Positions 19,425 through 29,676 of a stretch of 64,000 nucleotides of DNA are shown here, piece after piece. Source of the DNA: Deltaproteobacteria bacterium (GTDB lineage: Bacteria; Myxococcota; Kuafuiibacteriia; Kuafuiibacteriales; Kuafuiibacteriaceae). The stretch's first letter is position 1. Every line of letters begins with the position of its first letter. The notes under the pieces were generated by a model, which saw only the letters and a list, made by a program, of their open reading frames with translations, was not told the DNA's origin and made no database searches. Where the stretch lies: NCBI GenBank assembly GCA_040218735.1, contig JAVJQW010000070.1, positions 425,370 through 489,369 of the forward strand. Reading direction: 5' to 3'. The position numbers and the translations under genes were made by a program.

Positions 19425-19479
19425 TTGCACACGATGTGCAACCGCGTTGCGCGACTCGGGAAACCCACTGCGCAACGCG
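19425..19479. promoter_or_regulatory. Two palindromes, candidate enhancer/operator sites
   Basis: TTGCACA-cga-TGTGCAA (19425-19441) and CGCGTTGCGC-N17-GCGCAACGCG (19443-19479). Confidence 0.5.
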
Positions 19480-19503
19480 CCGGGCGCGCCCAAGGTGCGA
19501 CGT

Positions 19504-19519
19504 TGGCACGACGAGTGCG
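19504..19519 (+). promoter_or_regulatory. sigma54 (-24/-12) promoter
   Basis: TGGCACG-ACGA-GTGC with exact GG-N10-GC spacing, upstream of a GGAGG RBS and ATG 19554. Confidence 0.75.
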
Positions 19520-19553
19520 AAGGCGACGGAGCATGGGAGGGACTTCAATACTC

Positions 19554-21146
19554 ATGAACTTCGACTCGAAAACCACCATCCTCGCCTGCCTCGCCCTCAC
19601 CGCCTGTCAGGTCGCTTCCGAACCGTCCGCGACGACCGCGGACGAGCTGTCCAACGTCGTGGCCCAGTGCCGCACACCCCCGCCGGTCGACGCGCGTCGA
19701 TCGCTGTACGTCACCGATCAGTTCATCCTCGACGGCTCCGCCGGGAGGAACTTCACGCTGCGCAAGACACTCGCGCAGCTCGCCAAACAGAGCGGCGACG
19801 ACAGCCTCAACGCAAACATCCTCTTCCGGCAGTGGTGGGACACCCAGAACCTCGCGCCGGGCTTCGGCGACGGTCCCCACTGCGAGAGTCCATTCAATGG
19901 ATACGACCACCAGTGCCCGCGCTCCGAGGGCAGCCAGGCCGACCCCGCGAATTCGGCGGCGCAGATGGACAGCTACGAGCCCATCGCGCTGGTGAACCGG
20001 TTCGACCTCGCGCCGCCCGACGGCAGCAACTGCGGCGAGTACCGGATCGTCTACGGCAAGACGAGCCTCGGCACGCGCAACCTCCTCATCTTCGAGGCCA
20101 AGCTCCCCAACCCGAACCCCGGCTGCGGTCTGCAAGCCTGCTTGCCAGTGCAGCAGTGGTGGGAGCGCCTGTCGCGCATCGACGACCCGACGGTCCGCGC
20201 GCGGCGCCTGCACCGCTTCTTCTACGCCGGCCTGAAGGGCTTCGCGCCGGTCGTTCACATCGACCACTACGCGGGTGAGAGCGGCGGCGTGTACGGCGGC
20301 GGCGCGAGCGGGCAGATCCGCAGCAACCAGTTCATGCAGGGCCCGTGGAACCTCCGCGAGTTCCGCCTCGAGCGCGGCGGCGTCCCGGGCAACGGCATGG
20401 TGGATCCCAACGACCCGACCGGCGCCGCGCCGATCGCGACCGTCGGCGTGCGCTTCGTGCCCGAGACGGTGAAGGCCAACCCGTTCGGCCGCCTCTTCGA
20501 CGGCTCGCTCCCGCGGAGCAACGACCCGCTCGCCGAGCGCGCCGCCGAGTTCCAGGCGCACTTCCTCACGCAAGTCGAGTCGCTCGCCATCAACGACCTC
20601 AACCGCTTCACGTACGCGGTGCCGGATCAGTTCAACCCCGGCGAGAGCCAGATGTTCGGCTCGGGCCCGACCGACTACCTCGCGCAGTTCAACGGCGACG
20701 GCGGGAACTCCCCGTTCCGTTCGCGCCTCGACGCGGCCGCGGCCGAGCACGGTCTGACGTCCGACGACATCGTGAACCGCGCGATGGCGCTGTCCTGCGG
20801 CGGCTGTCACCAGGAGTCGGTCGGCCGCAACCTCGGCGGCGGCCTCAACTGGCCCGGCACGCTCGGGTTCGTGCACGGCAGTGAGTTCTCGACCGAGGCG
20901 GGCCCCGACGGCCCGCGCTTCGTCATCTCGCAGGCGCTCACCGACGTCTTCCTGCCGCACCGCCAGACCGTGATGGAGGCGTTCCTCAATCGCGCGTCGT
21001 GCGCGACCTGCGCGCAGCCGATCGACGTCGACGGCGTCGTCGCCCGGCCCGCCGGCGACGCGAACGGCGCAGACGGTACGGACGGCGCGAACGCCCCCGC
21101 GGAGCGCGACGCGAACCTGACGATCGGCGGCCGCACGGTCCACTGA
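19554..21146 (+). CDS. Hypothetical lipoprotein with a single CxxCH heme-c motif
   Basis: MNFDSKTTILACLALTAC lipobox, 'NRFDLAP.DG.NCGEYRIVY', SCGGCH and several additional Cys pairs. Confidence 0.8.
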   Translation: MNFDSKTTILACLALTACQVASEPSATTADELSNVVAQCRTPPPVDARRSLYVTDQFILDGSAGRNFTLRKTLAQLAKQSGDDSLNANILFRQWWDTQNLAPGFGDGPHCESPFNGYDHQCPRSEGSQADPANSAAQMDSYEPIALVNRFDLAPPDGSNCGEYRIVYGKTSLGTRNLLIFEAKLPNPNPGCGLQACLPVQQWWERLSRIDDPTVRARRLHRFFYAGLKGFAPVVHIDHYAGESGGVYGGGASGQIRSNQFMQGPWNLREFRLERGGVPGNGMVDPNDPTGAAPIATVGVRFVPETVKANPFGRLFDGSLPRSNDPLAERAAEFQAHFLTQVESLAINDLNRFTYAVPDQFNPGESQMFGSGPTDYLAQFNGDGGNSPFRSRLDAAAAEHGLTSDDIVNRAMALSCGGCHQESVGRNLGGGLNWPGTLGFVHGSEFSTEAGPDGPRFVISQALTDVFLPHRQTVMEAFLNRASCATCAQPIDVDGVVARPAGDANGADGTDGANAPAERDANLTIGGRTVH

Positions 21147-21170
21147 GCGACCGAAGCGCGGGGAGGAGCC

Positions 21171-22946
21171 GTGGTAGTCTCCCCGCGCTTGGCTTCCGAC
21201 TTTCAGGACGCGCCGACGATCACCCGTCACCAGCAGACGCAGGCGCCGGTGCGCCTCTGTCTGGTCGTCGTCGGGGAGAGCACGTTCTGCACCCAGCCGC
21301 TGCCCGAGTCCGGCCACGTGACCATCGGGCGCGCGGAGACCAACGACGTCCGCATCGATGACCCGTCGGTCTCCCGCGAGCATGCGATCCTCCACGTCGA
21401 AGACGGCCTGTGGATCGAAGACCTCGGCAGCGCCAACGGCACGCACGTCGACAAGGCGCGCATCGGATCCAAGCGCCGCATCGAGGTCCAAGCCGACCAC
21501 GTGATCGAGATCGGTTCGTCGATGGTGATCGTGCAGCGCACGTCGTCCGTGCGACCGCGCCGCCTCTGGACCCACGACTACTTCGAGGCCCGCATCGAGG
21601 ACGAGTGCGAGCGGGCCCGTCGCTCGCGCGCGCACTTCTCGGTGTTACGCCTGCACGTCGACGGCGCGAAGCCACGGCGCGTCCAGAGCACCCTCGCCGC
21701 GGAGCTCTCCTCGGCGGACGTCATCGCCGCCTACGGCCCGGACGAATACGAGGCGCTCCTCGTCGACGCGAACCACGAACGCGCGACGGAGGCGGCCCAA
21801 CGCATCGTGATGGCGCTCGACGAAGTCGACGCCCGCTTCGGCCTCGCGACCTACCCCCTCGACGGCTCTACGCCCGAAGCGCTGATCGCCCACGCGTGTG
21901 AGGCCGTACGCGCCCCGTCGTCGCCCGCGCCGAGCTCGGGCCCGCCGCTGGTGATGAAAGACGACGCGATGTGCGAGCTGTACCGCGTCGTCGATCGCGT
22001 CGCGGCCGGCACGATCAGCGTGATGCTCCTCGGCGAGACCGGCGTCGGCAAAGAGGTCGTCGCGGAGGCGGTCCACCGCCGCTCCCCCCGGCGCAACGCT
22101 CCGTTCGTCCGCCTCAACTGCGCCGCGCTCTCGGAGTCGCTCCTGGAAAGCGAGCTGTTCGGCCACGAGAAGGGCGCGTTCACCGGCGCCGACGCAACGA
22201 AACCCGGGCTCCTCGAGACCGCGTCCGGAGGCACGGTGTTCCTCGACGAGGTCGGCGAGCTCCCCGTGGCGTTGCAAGCCAAGTTGCTCCGGGTGATCGA
22301 CGAGAGGAAGGTGCTGCGGGTCGGCGGGCTACAGCCCCGCCCGATCGACGTTCGCATCCTCTCCGCCACGAACCGCGACCTCGAGCAGGAGGTGCTCCGA
22401 CGCGCCTTCCGCGCGGATCTATTCTTTCGCTTGAATGGAATCTCCCTAATCATCCCGCCGTTGAGGCAGCGCCCGGCGGAGATCGTGCCGTTGGTCGAGG
22501 CCTACGTCGCGCACCTGTCCTCGGCGATCGGCGTCGCCGCGCCCGAGGTGAGCGACGACGCGATCGCGATGTTGGAGCGGTACAGCTGGCCCGGGAACAT
22601 CCGCGAGCTGAAGAACTTCATCGAGCGCGCGATCCTGTTGTGCACGGACGGCACGATCCGCCCCGAACACCTCCCCGTGGAGAAGATGCGCGCGACGCTC
22701 CTCGCCACGGCGCCCGAGGACCTCCCGCGCCCGCCTGCCCCGGACGCCGACCTCTTCCTCGCCGACGGACCGGAGGCGGACCTCACCGACGCCGAACGCC
22801 GAGAGCGCCGCGCGATCGTCGAAGCCCTCGAAGCGTGCGGCGGCAATCAGACCGCCGCCGCGAAGAAGATCGGCGTCTCCCGGCGCACGCTGGTGTCGCG
22901 CCTCGACAAGTACGCCATCCCCCGCCCGCGCAAGTCCGTGAGCTGA
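21171..22946 (+). CDS. FHA-domain sigma54 enhancer-binding protein (FHA, degenerate GGDEF-like domain, AAA+, Fis HTH)
   Basis: FHA 'IGR...SVSREHA...DLGSANGT', [53 protein letters not shown]. Confidence 0.95.
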   Translation: MVVSPRLASDFQDAPTITRHQQTQAPVRLCLVVVGESTFCTQPLPESGHVTIGRAETNDVRIDDPSVSREHAILHVEDGLWIEDLGSANGTHVDKARIGSKRRIEVQADHVIEIGSSMVIVQRTSSVRPRRLWTHDYFEARIEDECERARRSRAHFSVLRLHVDGAKPRRVQSTLAAELSSADVIAAYGPDEYEALLVDANHERATEAAQRIVMALDEVDARFGLATYPLDGSTPEALIAHACEAVRAPSSPAPSSGPPLVMKDDAMCELYRVVDRVAAGTISVMLLGETGVGKEVVAEAVHRRSPRRNAPFVRLNCAALSESLLESELFGHEKGAFTGADATKPGLLETASGGTVFLDEVGELPVALQAKLLRVIDERKVLRVGGLQPRPIDVRILSATNRDLEQEVLRRAFRADLFFRLNGISLIIPPLRQRPAEIVPLVEAYVAHLSSAIGVAAPEVSDDAIAMLERYSWPGNIRELKNFIERAILLCTDGTIRPEHLPVEKMRATLLATAPEDLPRPPAPDADLFLADGPEADLTDAERRERRAIVEALEACGGNQTAAAKKIGVSRRTLVSRLDKYAIPRPRKSVS

Positions 22947-23053
22947 AGCCGTCCGGGCTGAGGCCGTCCGGAGGCGCCGAGGCATTTCTCCACACTCCGC
23001 GCACGGTTCCTCACCCGCGCCCCGCTGGCGCGGAGTCTGCACATGTCGCACGT

Positions 23054-26000
23054 GTGTCCGCCGGGACTCGCGCACGCCGTCTCCTCATCGCCCTCGCCGC
23101 CGCGCTCGCGGCCCTGGTCGTCTGCGCGATCGGCGTGGTCGGCGCGCTGCACGTGCCGTCGGTGCAGCGCCGCGTGCTCGACGAGATCGAAGCCGCCGTC
23201 ACCGCTTCGATCCACGGGCGGCTGGAGCTCGGGGACCTGTCCGGCGCGCTGCTCTTCGGACACGTCGAGGTCGGACCGTCGCGGCTCGAAGACGAGCGAG
23301 GGCGCGCGCTCGTCTCGGTGGAGCGGGCGTCGGTGAACGTCGAGTGGCTGGACTCCCTGCTCGCGGGCGGGCTCGTCGCCGAGGCGATCGTAGTCGCGTC
23401 TCCGCGTGTCTGGATGGAGGTCGACGCCCACGGCAACAGCTTCTCGCGCCTCCCCAAGAACACCGCCACCGACACCAGCACGAGCCCCACGTTCTCACCG
23501 GTCGACATCGTCGTCCGCGACGCGACGCTGCAGGACGGTTCGTTCGAGCTCGTCGCTCCGGATCGGCGTCTGTACTTCGCGGACGTCGAGGCGACGCTCT
23601 CGGGCGCCGTCGGCGCCGAGCGCATCGACGCGACCGTCGCGCACCTCGGCGCGTCGTCCGCGCTCCTCCCCGAAGGCGCACATGTCCGCGGCGCGGTCGC
23701 GCTGCACCCGGACCACCTCACCGGTCACGCCACGGTCGAAGACGCCGCGGGAAGCGTGGTCACGCTCGCCGACGCACGCCTCGACTACACCGGCGTTCGG
23801 ATCCGCACCGACTTCGACGCCCGCATCGAACCCCCCACCGTCGCGCGCTACGCACCCGGGCCGACGATCCAGGGGGCGCTCGCCGGGACGTTCGAGCACG
23901 AAGCGGACGGTGCCTGGAAGCTCGCCGCCGAAGGACACACGCTCGGCGCCGACGTCGACATCGACGCCACCGCGGACGACGCGTTCGACGCCATCACCGC
24001 GAAGCTCGACACCGAGCCCGGCGTCGACCTGTCTCGGCTTCATGCCGCCCTCCCCGCCTCCGCGCTCGCCGTGCACGCAATCGTCGCGCTGACCGATCTC
24101 CCCGCGCTCACAGGGACCGCGAAGGCCTCGATCGAGGGACGCGTCAACGCGGTCGACATGCACCCGCTCCTGATTCGTAGCCTCGAAGCCAACGCCCGCG
24201 TCGACGACGGTGCGTTCGTCGCCTCCGCGCACCTCGACGCCGACGGCGCCGAGCTCGACGCCGACGCCGAGGGCCGCCTCGATCGCTTCGAGCTCGACCG
24301 GGCGGACCTGAGCTTCACCGTCCCCCGCCTCGCGCGGCTACTCGGACGACCCCGGATCGACGGGCACGTCCGCGGACACGCGACCCTCCGCGATGCGAAG
24401 GTCGCGGCTCGGCTCCGCGGGCGACACGTCCTCTTCGACGGTGTGAAGGCCGGGCGCGTCGACGTCCGCGCCGACCTCGAAGCCCCCTTCGAAGCGCCCC
24501 GCGGGACGGCGAAGGTCGACGTCGAAGGCCTCGCCGTCGAGGCGCAGCACCTCGGCGACGTCCGTCTGCGTGTGAAGCGCGAGGGCACCGGCCCATACGA
24601 CGTGACCGTGCGTTCCCGCGGCGGCGCGCCCGCGCTCGAACGTGTCGACGCCGCGCTCGCGGTCGACCTCACCGAGGACCGAGTCGTCGCCGAGATCCGA
24701 CGGCTCCGCGCCCGGGCGATCGGTTCACGGTGGCGCGTCGGTCGCGGCGCCCGCGTCGCGCTCGCGGACGACTTTCGCGTCCTCACCGTCGACGCGCTGA
24801 GCGTCTCCACGGAGGACACCCGCGTCTCCGCGAAGGCCACGATCGACCTCGGCGCGCAACGAATCGAAGCGCTCCGCGTCGACGTCCCCGAGCTCCACGT
24901 GAACACGTTGCGCCGCGCCGGGTGGCTGCCGCGCGGTGAGGTGGACGGCGCATGGTCCGCGAAGGTGCGAACGCGGGACGGCATCCTCCACGCGGACGTC
25001 GCCGTGTTCGGCGACGACGTCGGCCGCGGGCGCGCCGCCGCGCGCGTCACGCTCCCGAGGCGCCCGTTCGACGTCGGAGCTTGGCGTCGCCTCACGGCGG
25101 ACGACGTCCGACGCCTGAAGCTCGACCTCGCGCGGCTCGACGTCGGCGCGGTGCAGCGCATGTTCGGCGTGCGGCCCGTCGTGACCGGCGCTGCGTCCGG
25201 CGGCATCACGTTTGCGCGCGGCCAGCTCCGTCGGGGCGCCATCGATCTCGACGACGGCCGCATCGAGGGCCTCTCCCGAGATGTCGCCGTCTACGTGAGC
25301 GTCGAAGCCCCCGAGCGCCCGTGGGTGCGCGTCCGCGTCACCGGCGTGCTCGACGGCACCCCCGTGCTCGCGAGCCGGATCGAGGTGAACGCGGATCCGA
25401 TCCGGCTCCGTCGTGACGGTCTCGAAGCGCTGCGCGCGGCAAACTTCACCGCGAACACGCACCTCACCGACTTCCCGCTGTCGGCGATCGAAGGGCCCCG
25501 TCGAATGGCCGGCGTCGTGACCGGCACCGTCGCCGTCGCACGTCGCCATGAGGCGCTGGATCTCGTGGTCGACGCCGAAGCGACACGAGTACGACTCGGC
25601 GAGCGCTGGCCGCTCTTCGACCTCACCGTCGACGGCCGCTCGGAGCGCGGACGCGTCGAGGTCGACGCTCGACTTCGAACCAACGACGCGGGCCACCTCA
25701 CCCTGGCGGCGCGCGGACGTGCCCCCGCCGACGCCACGAACGTCACCGCGTGGACGCAGATGCGCCTCGACGACCTCGAGACCATCGAGGTCCACGCCGA
25801 CGGCGCGCGCCTCGAAGCCTGGGGACGTGCGTTCGACCTCGACGGACTGCGCGGCGTGCTCGGCCTCGACGCCCTCGTCCGAGCCCGCGGCCGCACCGGT
25901 GAAGCCTCGGTGCGCCTCGACGGGTTCTCGATGGGCGACCGCGCCGCGATCGACGCACAGGTCTACGTCGACGGGCGCCCCGACCGCACCACGCTGGAGG

Positions 26001-27715
26001 CCACGGCGTTTGCGAACGAACGCCCCATCCTCGAAGCCCACGCCACCTCCCCGCTCAGCCTCGGGCGCCTCACTTCGACTTCCACGCGGGCCGTACCGGA
26101 CCTCCCGGTCGACGCGACGATCGCGGCGGAGCAGATCCCCCTCGCCCTCGTCGCGGCGCTGCTCGATCTCGACGACCCGCTCGCGGGCCACGTCGCGATC
26201 GACGGGGAGCTCTCGGGTCGGCTCGGCGACCCCCAGCTCGCCGTGCACGTGGTCTCCGAAGACCTCGGCGTCGGCGACACGCGGTTCGAGACGTTCGACG
26301 TCGACGTGAACCTCGACGCGCAACGGTTCGCCGCGGACGTCAGCGTGCGCCAGGTCGGCGGCGGGCGCCTCGAGCTCGACGGGACGCTCGGGCTCGGCGG
26401 CGACGACACCCTCGACCTCGACCTCGACGCCAGCGAGCTACAGCTCGACTTCCTCTCCCCGCTCATCGGAGCAAACGGCGCCTTCGGCGGGGTGGCGGGA
26501 CGTATCGACGGCAACGTCTCGATGGACGGCACCCGGCGCCGCCCCCTCGTCGCCGGCGCGCTCCGGCTCGAAGACGTGCGCGCCGTCCTCGTTCACCCGG
26601 TTCCGCCGATGGAGCACGTCGACGGCGAGCTCTTGTTCGAAGACGACCGCTTGCGGTTCGCCCTCCGCGGCGCCTCCGGCGACGGGCGGTTCACGTACGA
26701 AGGCGAAGCCCACGCAGACCGAGCCGGGCGCCTCGAGATGAGCTCCGAGCTCGAGGTCGCCGACGTCGCCGTCGCGGCCGGCCCCAAGATCCTCGAGACG
26801 GATCTGTCCGCGAAGATCGAGCTGCTGTTCGCCGAACAGCTCGACGTCGACGTGCTCGTCACGGACGGCAACGTGAAGCTCCCGTCCCGCGGAGCCTCCG
26901 AGCGGCTCCCCGTCGAACGGCTCGAACACGTCGTCGTCGTCGACGAGCTCGGCGCCGCCCCCCCCGCGATCGAGAGTGCCAACGCCGACGACGGCTCGGC
27001 CCTGGCCTACCGCGTCCAGGTCCGCACCGCCGGACAGGTGCCGATCCGCAGCGCCGACCTCAACGCCAACCTCGTCGCCGACCTCACCGTCGCCCAGGCC
27101 GACGGGCCCCCGACGACGAGCGGGTTCGTCGAGGTCACCTCCGGCACGGTGAACCTGTTCGGGCGCCAGTGGACGATCGACAACGCCGACGTCCGCTTCG
27201 CGGCGGGCCGCGACCGGCGCCCGCGGCTCGACGTACGCGTCCGCCACGACTTCCCGAACGTCACCGTCTACGTCGCGGTCTCCGGCTCACCCGAGGATCC
27301 GCGCGTCCGCTTCAGCTCGGACCCCGCGATCTTTTCCCAGGACCAGCTGATCGGCTTCGTCCTGGGCGGCACACCGAGCTCCTCAGAAGAGGACGCCCCC
27401 CTCGCGGACCAGGCCGTCGGCGCCGCGACCGGATTCCTGCTCGGCGAGGTACAGTCGCGCCTGCAAGACAAGTTGCCGATCGACACCATCTCGGTCGACC
27501 TCGACGACACCGCGTCCGCGGAGGCGGTCAGCGTCGGCAAGTGGATCAGCAGCCGCATTTTCGTCGCGTACAACCTGAGGCTCGCGCCCGAATCCGACGA
27601 GAACGCCAACGCGGGCCTCGTGCAGTTCCGCCTCGGGCGCGGCTGGATGCTCGAGACGACCTACGGCGACCGCGGCAACGGCAGCGCCGACATCCTCTAC
27701 CGGAAGAGGTTCTAG
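23054..27715 (+). CDS. tamB: Translocation and assembly module TamB (AsmA-like)
   Basis: N-terminal TM anchor after GTG 23054, long beta-rich body, C-terminal DUF490-like 'P.V.FSSDP..SQDQL', 'VGKWIS.RIFV.Y', 'DILYRKRF'. Confidence 0.85.
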   Translation: MSAGTRARRLLIALAAALAALVVCAIGVVGALHVPSVQRRVLDEIEAAVTASIHGRLELGDLSGALLFGHVEVGPSRLEDERGRALVSVERASVNVEWLDSLLAGGLVAEAIVVASPRVWMEVDAHGNSFSRLPKNTATDTSTSPTFSPVDIVVRDATLQDGSFELVAPDRRLYFADVEATLSGAVGAERIDATVAHLGASSALLPEGAHVRGAVALHPDHLTGHATVEDAAGSVVTLADARLDYTGVRIRTDFDARIEPPTVARYAPGPTIQGALAGTFEHEADGAWKLAAEGHTLGADVDIDATADDAFDAITAKLDTEPGVDLSRLHAALPASALAVHAIVALTDLPALTGTAKASIEGRVNAVDMHPLLIRSLEANARVDDGAFVASAHLDADGAELDADAEGRLDRFELDRADLSFTVPRLARLLGRPRIDGHVRGHATLRDAKVAARLRGRHVLFDGVKAGRVDVRADLEAPFEAPRGTAKVDVEGLAVEAQHLGDVRLRVKREGTGPYDVTVRSRGGAPALERVDAALAVDLTEDRVVAEIRRLRARAIGSRWRVGRGARVALADDFRVLTVDALSVSTEDTRVSAKATIDLGAQRIEALRVDVPELHVNTLRRAGWLPRGEVDGAWSAKVRTRDGILHADVAVFGDDVGRGRAAARVTLPRRPFDVGAWRRLTADDVRRLKLDLARLDVGAVQRMFGVRPVVTGAASGGITFARGQLRRGAIDLDDGRIEGLSRDVAVYVSVEAPERPWVRVRVTGVLDGTPVLASRIEVNADPIRLRRDGLEALRAANFTANTHLTDFPLSAIEGPRRMAGVVTGTVAVARRHEALDLVVDAEATRVRLGERWPLFDLTVDGRSERGRVEVDARLRTNDAGHLTLAARGRAPADATNVTAWTQMRLDDLETIEVHADGARLEAWGRAFDLDGLRGVLGLDALVRARGRTGEASVRLDGFSMGDRAAIDAQVYVDGRPDRTTLEATAFANERPILEAHATSPLSLGRLTSTSTRAVPDLPVDATIAAEQIPLALVAALLDLDDPLAGHVAIDGELSGRLGDPQLAVHVVSEDLGVGDTRFETFDVDVNLDAQRFAADVSVRQVGGGRLELDGTLGLGGDDTLDLDLDASELQLDFLSPLIGANGAFGGVAGRIDGNVSMDGTRRRPLVAGALRLEDVRAVLVHPVPPMEHVDGELLFEDDRLRFALRGASGDGRFTYEGEAHADRAGRLEMSSELEVADVAVAAGPKILETDLSAKIELLFAEQLDVDVLVTDGNVKLPSRGASERLPVERLEHVVVVDELGAAPPAIESANADDGSALAYRVQVRTAGQVPIRSADLNANLVADLTVAQADGPPTTSGFVEVTSGTVNLFGRQWTIDNADVRFAAGRDRRPRLDVRVRHDFPNVTVYVAVSGSPEDPRVRFSSDPAIFSQDQLIGFVLGGTPSSSEEDAPLADQAVGAATGFLLGEVQSRLQDKLPIDTISVDLDDTASAEAVSVGKWISSRIFVAYNLRLAPESDENANAGLVQFRLGRGWMLETTYGDRGNGSADILYRKRF

Positions 27716-29611
27716 GTGCGCCGCCTTGGCCTTGCTCCGCTCCTCTTCGCGGCCGCGTGTGCCTCCGGACCGCAGAGCCCACCCGGCGTCGGCGCGGTCG
27801 AGATCCACACGGCCGCGCCGACCGACGTCGACGTCGACGCCCTGAAGGACGGCCTGGAGAACCACCCGCCGCGCGGCGTCGTGTTCCGCGAAGTCGCCGA
27901 CTACGAGCCGCTCGCCCTCGAGTTCGACAAGACCCGCATCGAGACCTTCTTCGCGCGCCGCGGCTACTACACGGCGAAGGTCACGGACATCACGGTGAAG
28001 GAGCGCGGGGAGGAAGCGCTGATTCACTTCGAGGTCGAGCCGGGCCCACGCTCGGCGTTGAAGTCGATCGACATCGACGGCGCCCCGGACGCCGCGCTCA
28101 TGAACGCCGAGGCGCTCCGTTTGTGCTCGCTGTTGGAGGTCGGCGAGCGCGTCGACTACGACCGCATCGTCGAAGCCGAACAACGCATGACCGCGCGCCT
28201 CAACCACCAGGGCTACGCATCCGCGAAGGTCGTGCCCCGGCTCCAGGTCGAGCGCGGCACCGGCGATGCGATCGCGCACTTCCTGGTCGACACGGGCCCC
28301 CTCACCTACTTCGGCGACGCGCTCACGAGCACGGCGTCCGAGCTCCCGGACACGTTCGTCTACAACCGCGTCGCGTGGCGCAGCGGCGACGTCTTCAACC
28401 CGCCGGACCTCGAACAGACCCGCGCGCGCCTCCTGAAGACGGGACTGGTCGACGACGTGCGCTTCGTCGAGCGCGAAGGTCAGCGCGACGACATCCTCGA
28501 CGTGAAGATCGAGGTCGCGCGCGGTGAGCCCCGTGAGTTCACGGTGGGCGCCGGCGTCGGTCTGCAGCAGTCCTTCTACGAGCTACGCGGGCGCATCGGG
28601 TACCGGCACAAGAGCTTCCTCGACCCGCTGACCACGGTGCGCCTCGAGGCCCGCCCCGCCTACGCGATCTTCAACAACGTCTCCACGGGCTCCGGCGCGG
28701 GCGGCAAGTTCAACTGGGAAGCCCGCGCGGCGCTCGACCGCGAGGACTTCGTGTTCCCGCGGCTCCGCGGCACCGTCGGCGCCGACTTCGAGCGCATCCA
28801 GCTCGACGGGTACACGGCGACCGGACCCGGCGCGAAGGTCGCGCTCGGCCGTGAGTTCCTCGACGACCGCCTGCAGATCGCGTTGGGCCTCCACGTCGAC
28901 CAGCGCAACTTCTCCAACGTGACGTACCAGCTCGACGACGCGGAGCGCGGGGACGTCGGGCTGATCGATCCGCTCCTCGTCGGCTACGCGGCGCCGTCCA
29001 TCACCTACGACGGACGCGACAACCCCCTCGCGCCGCGCGCCGGCTTCTACGCCTCCGTGCGTACCGAGGTCGGCTACGTGTTCTCGGCGGACACTTCGAC
29101 GTTCCTCATCGTCACACCCGAGCTGCGCGGCTACCTGCCCCTCGGGGACCGCGTCGTGCTCGCGGGGCGCTCACGCTTCGGGGTCGCGGCGCTCGGACTC
29201 CGCCCGCTCCCGATCACCCACCGCTTCTTCGGCGGCGGCGCCGACGGCCACCGCGGGTTCGGCCGACGACGCCTCGCTCCGCACGTCCCCTCCACCGACG
29301 ACGACGCCGGGTTGCCGGTCGGTGGAGAGGCGATGCTGCTCACCAGCGCGGAGGTGCGCGTCGATCTGTTCGAGGTGCTCGAGCAGATGTTCGGGCTCGT
29401 CGCGTTCGTCGACGTCGGTGACGTGGTGCTCGACCTGTCCGAGCTGGACCCGAAGCGCCTGCACGTCGCCGTCGGTCCGGGCGCCCGGCTCGACACGCCG
29501 GTCGGTGCGGTGCGGTTGGACGTGGGCTTTCGCGTGAACCGCAACACCGCCGGCAACCCGGATCCGGGAGCGCCGTTTGCGTTCCACCTCAGCCTCGGGG
29601 AGGCCTTCTGA
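27716..29611 (+). CDS. tamA: TamA/Omp85-family outer membrane protein, lipoprotein type
   Basis: Lipobox FAAAC, POTRA 'RGYY.AKV', 'RFFGGG...RGF', 'TPVGAVRLD', terminal HLSLGEAF. Adjacent to tamB. Confidence 0.88.
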   Translation: MRRLGLAPLLFAAACASGPQSPPGVGAVEIHTAAPTDVDVDALKDGLENHPPRGVVFREVADYEPLALEFDKTRIETFFARRGYYTAKVTDITVKERGEEALIHFEVEPGPRSALKSIDIDGAPDAALMNAEALRLCSLLEVGERVDYDRIVEAEQRMTARLNHQGYASAKVVPRLQVERGTGDAIAHFLVDTGPLTYFGDALTSTASELPDTFVYNRVAWRSGDVFNPPDLEQTRARLLKTGLVDDVRFVEREGQRDDILDVKIEVARGEPREFTVGAGVGLQQSFYELRGRIGYRHKSFLDPLTTVRLEARPAYAIFNNVSTGSGAGGKFNWEARAALDREDFVFPRLRGTVGADFERIQLDGYTATGPGAKVALGREFLDDRLQIALGLHVDQRNFSNVTYQLDDAERGDVGLIDPLLVGYAAPSITYDGRDNPLAPRAGFYASVRTEVGYVFSADTSTFLIVTPELRGYLPLGDRVVLAGRSRFGVAALGLRPLPITHRFFGGGADGHRGFGRRRLAPHVPSTDDDAGLPVGGEAMLLTSAEVRVDLFEVLEQMFGLVAFVDVGDVVLDLSELDPKRLHVAVGPGARLDTPVGAVRLDVGFRVNRNTAGNPDPGAPFAFHLSLGEAF

Positions 29612-29676
29612 ACCCCGGACCCAAGACCGACGGTCGCTGCCTTTCGCGCCGTCGGTTCTTGCCCTATAGAAGCGGC

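Noticed and set aside
21971-23053. 1914-aa TamB as given in the ORF track
   Set aside because: The 5' part overlaps the enhancer-binding protein in another frame and is Arg/Pro-rich shadow translation. The TM anchor begins after GTG 23054.
23054-29611. tamB-before-tamA order and lipidated TamA as novel
   Set aside because: This arrangement (TamL-like) is already known outside Gammaproteobacteria.
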